From NCBI RefSeq assembly GCF_004010195.1, contig NC_057718.1, forward strand, positions 88,015,424 through 88,079,423: DNA of 64,000 nt, given 5' to 3'. Numbering within the stretch: position 1 is the stretch's first letter; the number at the start of each line of letters is the position of its first letter. This document shows, piece by piece, positions 61,735 to 64,000 of this stretch. Under the pieces are notes generated by a model. It saw nothing but the letters and a program-made list of their open reading frames with translations. It made no database searches and had not been told where the DNA came from. Position numbers and translations under genes: made by a program. Source of the DNA: Chiloscyllium plagiosum. Lineage: Eukaryota.

Positions 61735-64000
61735 AGCTTTCTCTAAATGAGATAACAAGAGTCCAGAGACCGTTTAAGCCTGTTAGGGTGAAAGGCAAGG
61801 CTGGTAGGTGTAGAGAAAGCTGGATGATTAGAGAAAATGAAGTTTTGGTTAAGAAAAAGAAAGAAGCATATATCCGGTATAGACAGGAGCGATCAGATGA
61901 ATCCTTTAGAGTATAAAGGCATTCATAGAGTCCTAGATGTACAGCATGGAAACAGACCCTTCGGTCCAACCCATCCATGCCGACTAGATATCCCGACCCA
62001 ATCTAGTCCCACCTGCCAGCACCCGGCCCATATCCCTCCAAATCCTTCCTATTCATATACCCATCCAAATGCCTCTTAAATGTTGCAATTGTACCAGCAT
62101 CCACCACATCCTCTGGCAGCTCATTCCATACACGTACCACCCTCTGCATGAAAAAGTTGCCCATTAGGTCTCTTTTATATCTTTCCCCTCTCAACCTAAA
62201 CCTATGCCCTTTAGTTCTGGACTCCCTGACCCCAGGGAAAAGACTTTGCCTATTTATCCTCTCCATGCCCCTCATAATTTTGTAAACCTCTAAGGTCACC
62301 CCTCAGCCTCCGACGCTCCAGGGAAAACAGCCTCAGCCTCTCCCTGTAACTCAGATCCTCCAACCCTGGCAACATCCTTGTAAATCTTTTCTGAACTCTT
62401 TCAAGTTTCACAACATCTTTCTGATAGGAAGGAGACCAGAATTGCATGCAATATTCCAACAGTGGCCTAACTAATGTCCTGTACAGCCGCAANNNNNNNN
62501 NNNNNNNNNNNNNNNNNNNNNNNNNNNNNNNNNNNNNNNNNNNNNNNNNNNNNNNNNNNNNNNNNNNNNNNNNNNNNNNNNNNNNNNNNNNNNNNNNNNN
62601 NNNNNNNNNNNNNNNNNNNNNNNNNNATGTAAATGACAAAAATTAGAGGGCCCAGCACCGATCCTTGTGGCACTCCACTGGTCACAGGCCTCCAGTCTGA
62701 AAAACAATCCTCCACCACCACCCTCTGTCTTCTACCTTAGAGCCAGTTCTGTATCCAAATGGCTAGTTCTCCCTGTATTCCATGAGATCTAACCTTGCTA
62801 AATAGTCTCCCATGGGGAACCTTCATATACTTAAAATGGAAATCAGGAGGGCAAAAAGGGGACATGAGATTGTTTTGGCAAATAGAATTAAGGAGAATCC
62901 AAAGGGTTTTATAAATACATCAAGGACAAAAGGATAACTAGGGAGAGAATAGGGCCTAACAGAGATCAGCAAGGCAGCCTATGTGTGGAGCAGCAGGAGA
63001 TGGAGGTGATACTAAATGAGTATTTTGCATCAGTGTTTACTGTGGAGAAGGACAAGGAAGATATAGAATGTGGGGAAATAGATGGTGACATCTTGAAAAT
63101 GTCCATATTACAGAGGAGGTGGTGCTGGATGTCTTGAAACAGTTAAAGGTGGATAAATCCCCAGGATCTGATCAGGTGTGCCCTAGAACTCTGTGGGAAG
63201 CTAGGAAAGTGATTGCTGTGCCCCTTGCTGAGATAGTTGTATCACTAGTAGTCACAGGTGAAGTGCCAGAAGACTGGAGGTTGGCCATTATTTAAGAAAG
63301 GTGTTAAGGAAGAGCCAGGGAACTATAGACAGTGAGCCTGACCTCAGTGGTGGGCACGCTGTTGGAGGGAATCCTGAGGGACCGATTTACATGTATTTGG
63401 ATAGTCAACATGGCTTTGTGCATGGTAAATCATGTCTCATTTATTTGATTGAGTTTTTTGAAGATATAACAAAGAGGTTTGATGAGAGCAGAGCAGTGTA
63501 TGTGATCTATATGGCCTTCAGTAAGGTGTTCGACAAGGTTCCTCATGGGAGACTGGTTAGTAAGGGTAGATCTCCTGGAATACAGGGAGAGCTAGCCATT
63601 TGGATACAGAGCTGGCTAGATAGTAGAAGACAGAGGGTGGTGGTGGAGGGTTCTTTTCAGACTGGAGGTCTGTGACCAGTGATGTGCCACAAGGATTAGT
63701 GCTGAGGGTCCACTACTTTTCGTCATTCATATAAATGATTTGGATGTGAACGTAGGGGGTATAGTTAGTAAGTTTGCAGATGACACCAAAATTGGAGGTG
63801 TAGTGGATAACGGAAAAGATTACCTCAGATTACAACAGGATCTTGATCAGATGGGCCAGTGGGCTGAGGAGTGGCTGATGGAGTTTAATGTAGATAAATG
63901 TGAGGTGCTGCATTTTGGAAAAGCAAATCAGAGCAGGACTTATACACCTTAATGGTAAGGTCCTGGGATGTGTTGCTGAATAAAGAGACCTTGGAGTGCA
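61735..64000 (+). mobile_element. CR1 ORF2 fragment running off the window, split by an antisense CR1 insertion
   Basis: GAGTATAAAGGC at ~61909-61920 resumes as TATACTTAAAATGGAAATCAGGAGGGC at ~62826; then KSPGSDQVCPR, QHGFVHGKSCL, FADDTKIGG. Confidence 0.92.
61923..62822 (-). mobile_element. Young 5'-truncated CR1 nested in opposite orientation inside another CR1
   Basis: [23 protein letters not shown] and a 3' tail nearly identical to the 30546 copy; gap at 62493-62626. Confidence 0.92.

Noticed and set aside
1..64000. CRISPR array, operon or other prokaryotic system
   Set aside because: No regularly spaced repeats or gene-dense structure; the sequence is vertebrate intronic/intergenic DNA.

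Overview
Eukaryotic, AT-rich, repeat-dense vertebrate DNA with four N-gaps. The repeat repertoire (HE1-like V-SINEs, SacSINE1/Deu-like SINEs, abundant CR1 LINEs) points to a cartilaginous fish, probably a shark (inference). The only host coding sequence I can support is one spliced exon at 55320-55870 (+) of PLEKHG1, a Rho GEF; it covers the N-terminus and the start of the DH domain. The rest is upstream/intronic DNA containing decayed CR1, L2 and Rex1/Babar LINEs, three tRNA-SINE families, two pogo/Tigger-type DNA elements and Penelope-like element (PLE) fragments. The most notable signal is about a dozen minimal type I hammerhead ribozyme motifs (CUGANGA-N-stem II-GAAA-palindromic stem III-UH) in three sequence families. 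Two families sit at the 3' end of GIY-YIG-encoding PLE remnants. The third travels in ~95-190 bp non-coding, often hairpin-shaped insertions with 10-16 bp target-site duplications, several nested inside other transposons. Repeat boundaries were read by eye and are approximate, and family names come from recalled consensus features, not database searches.
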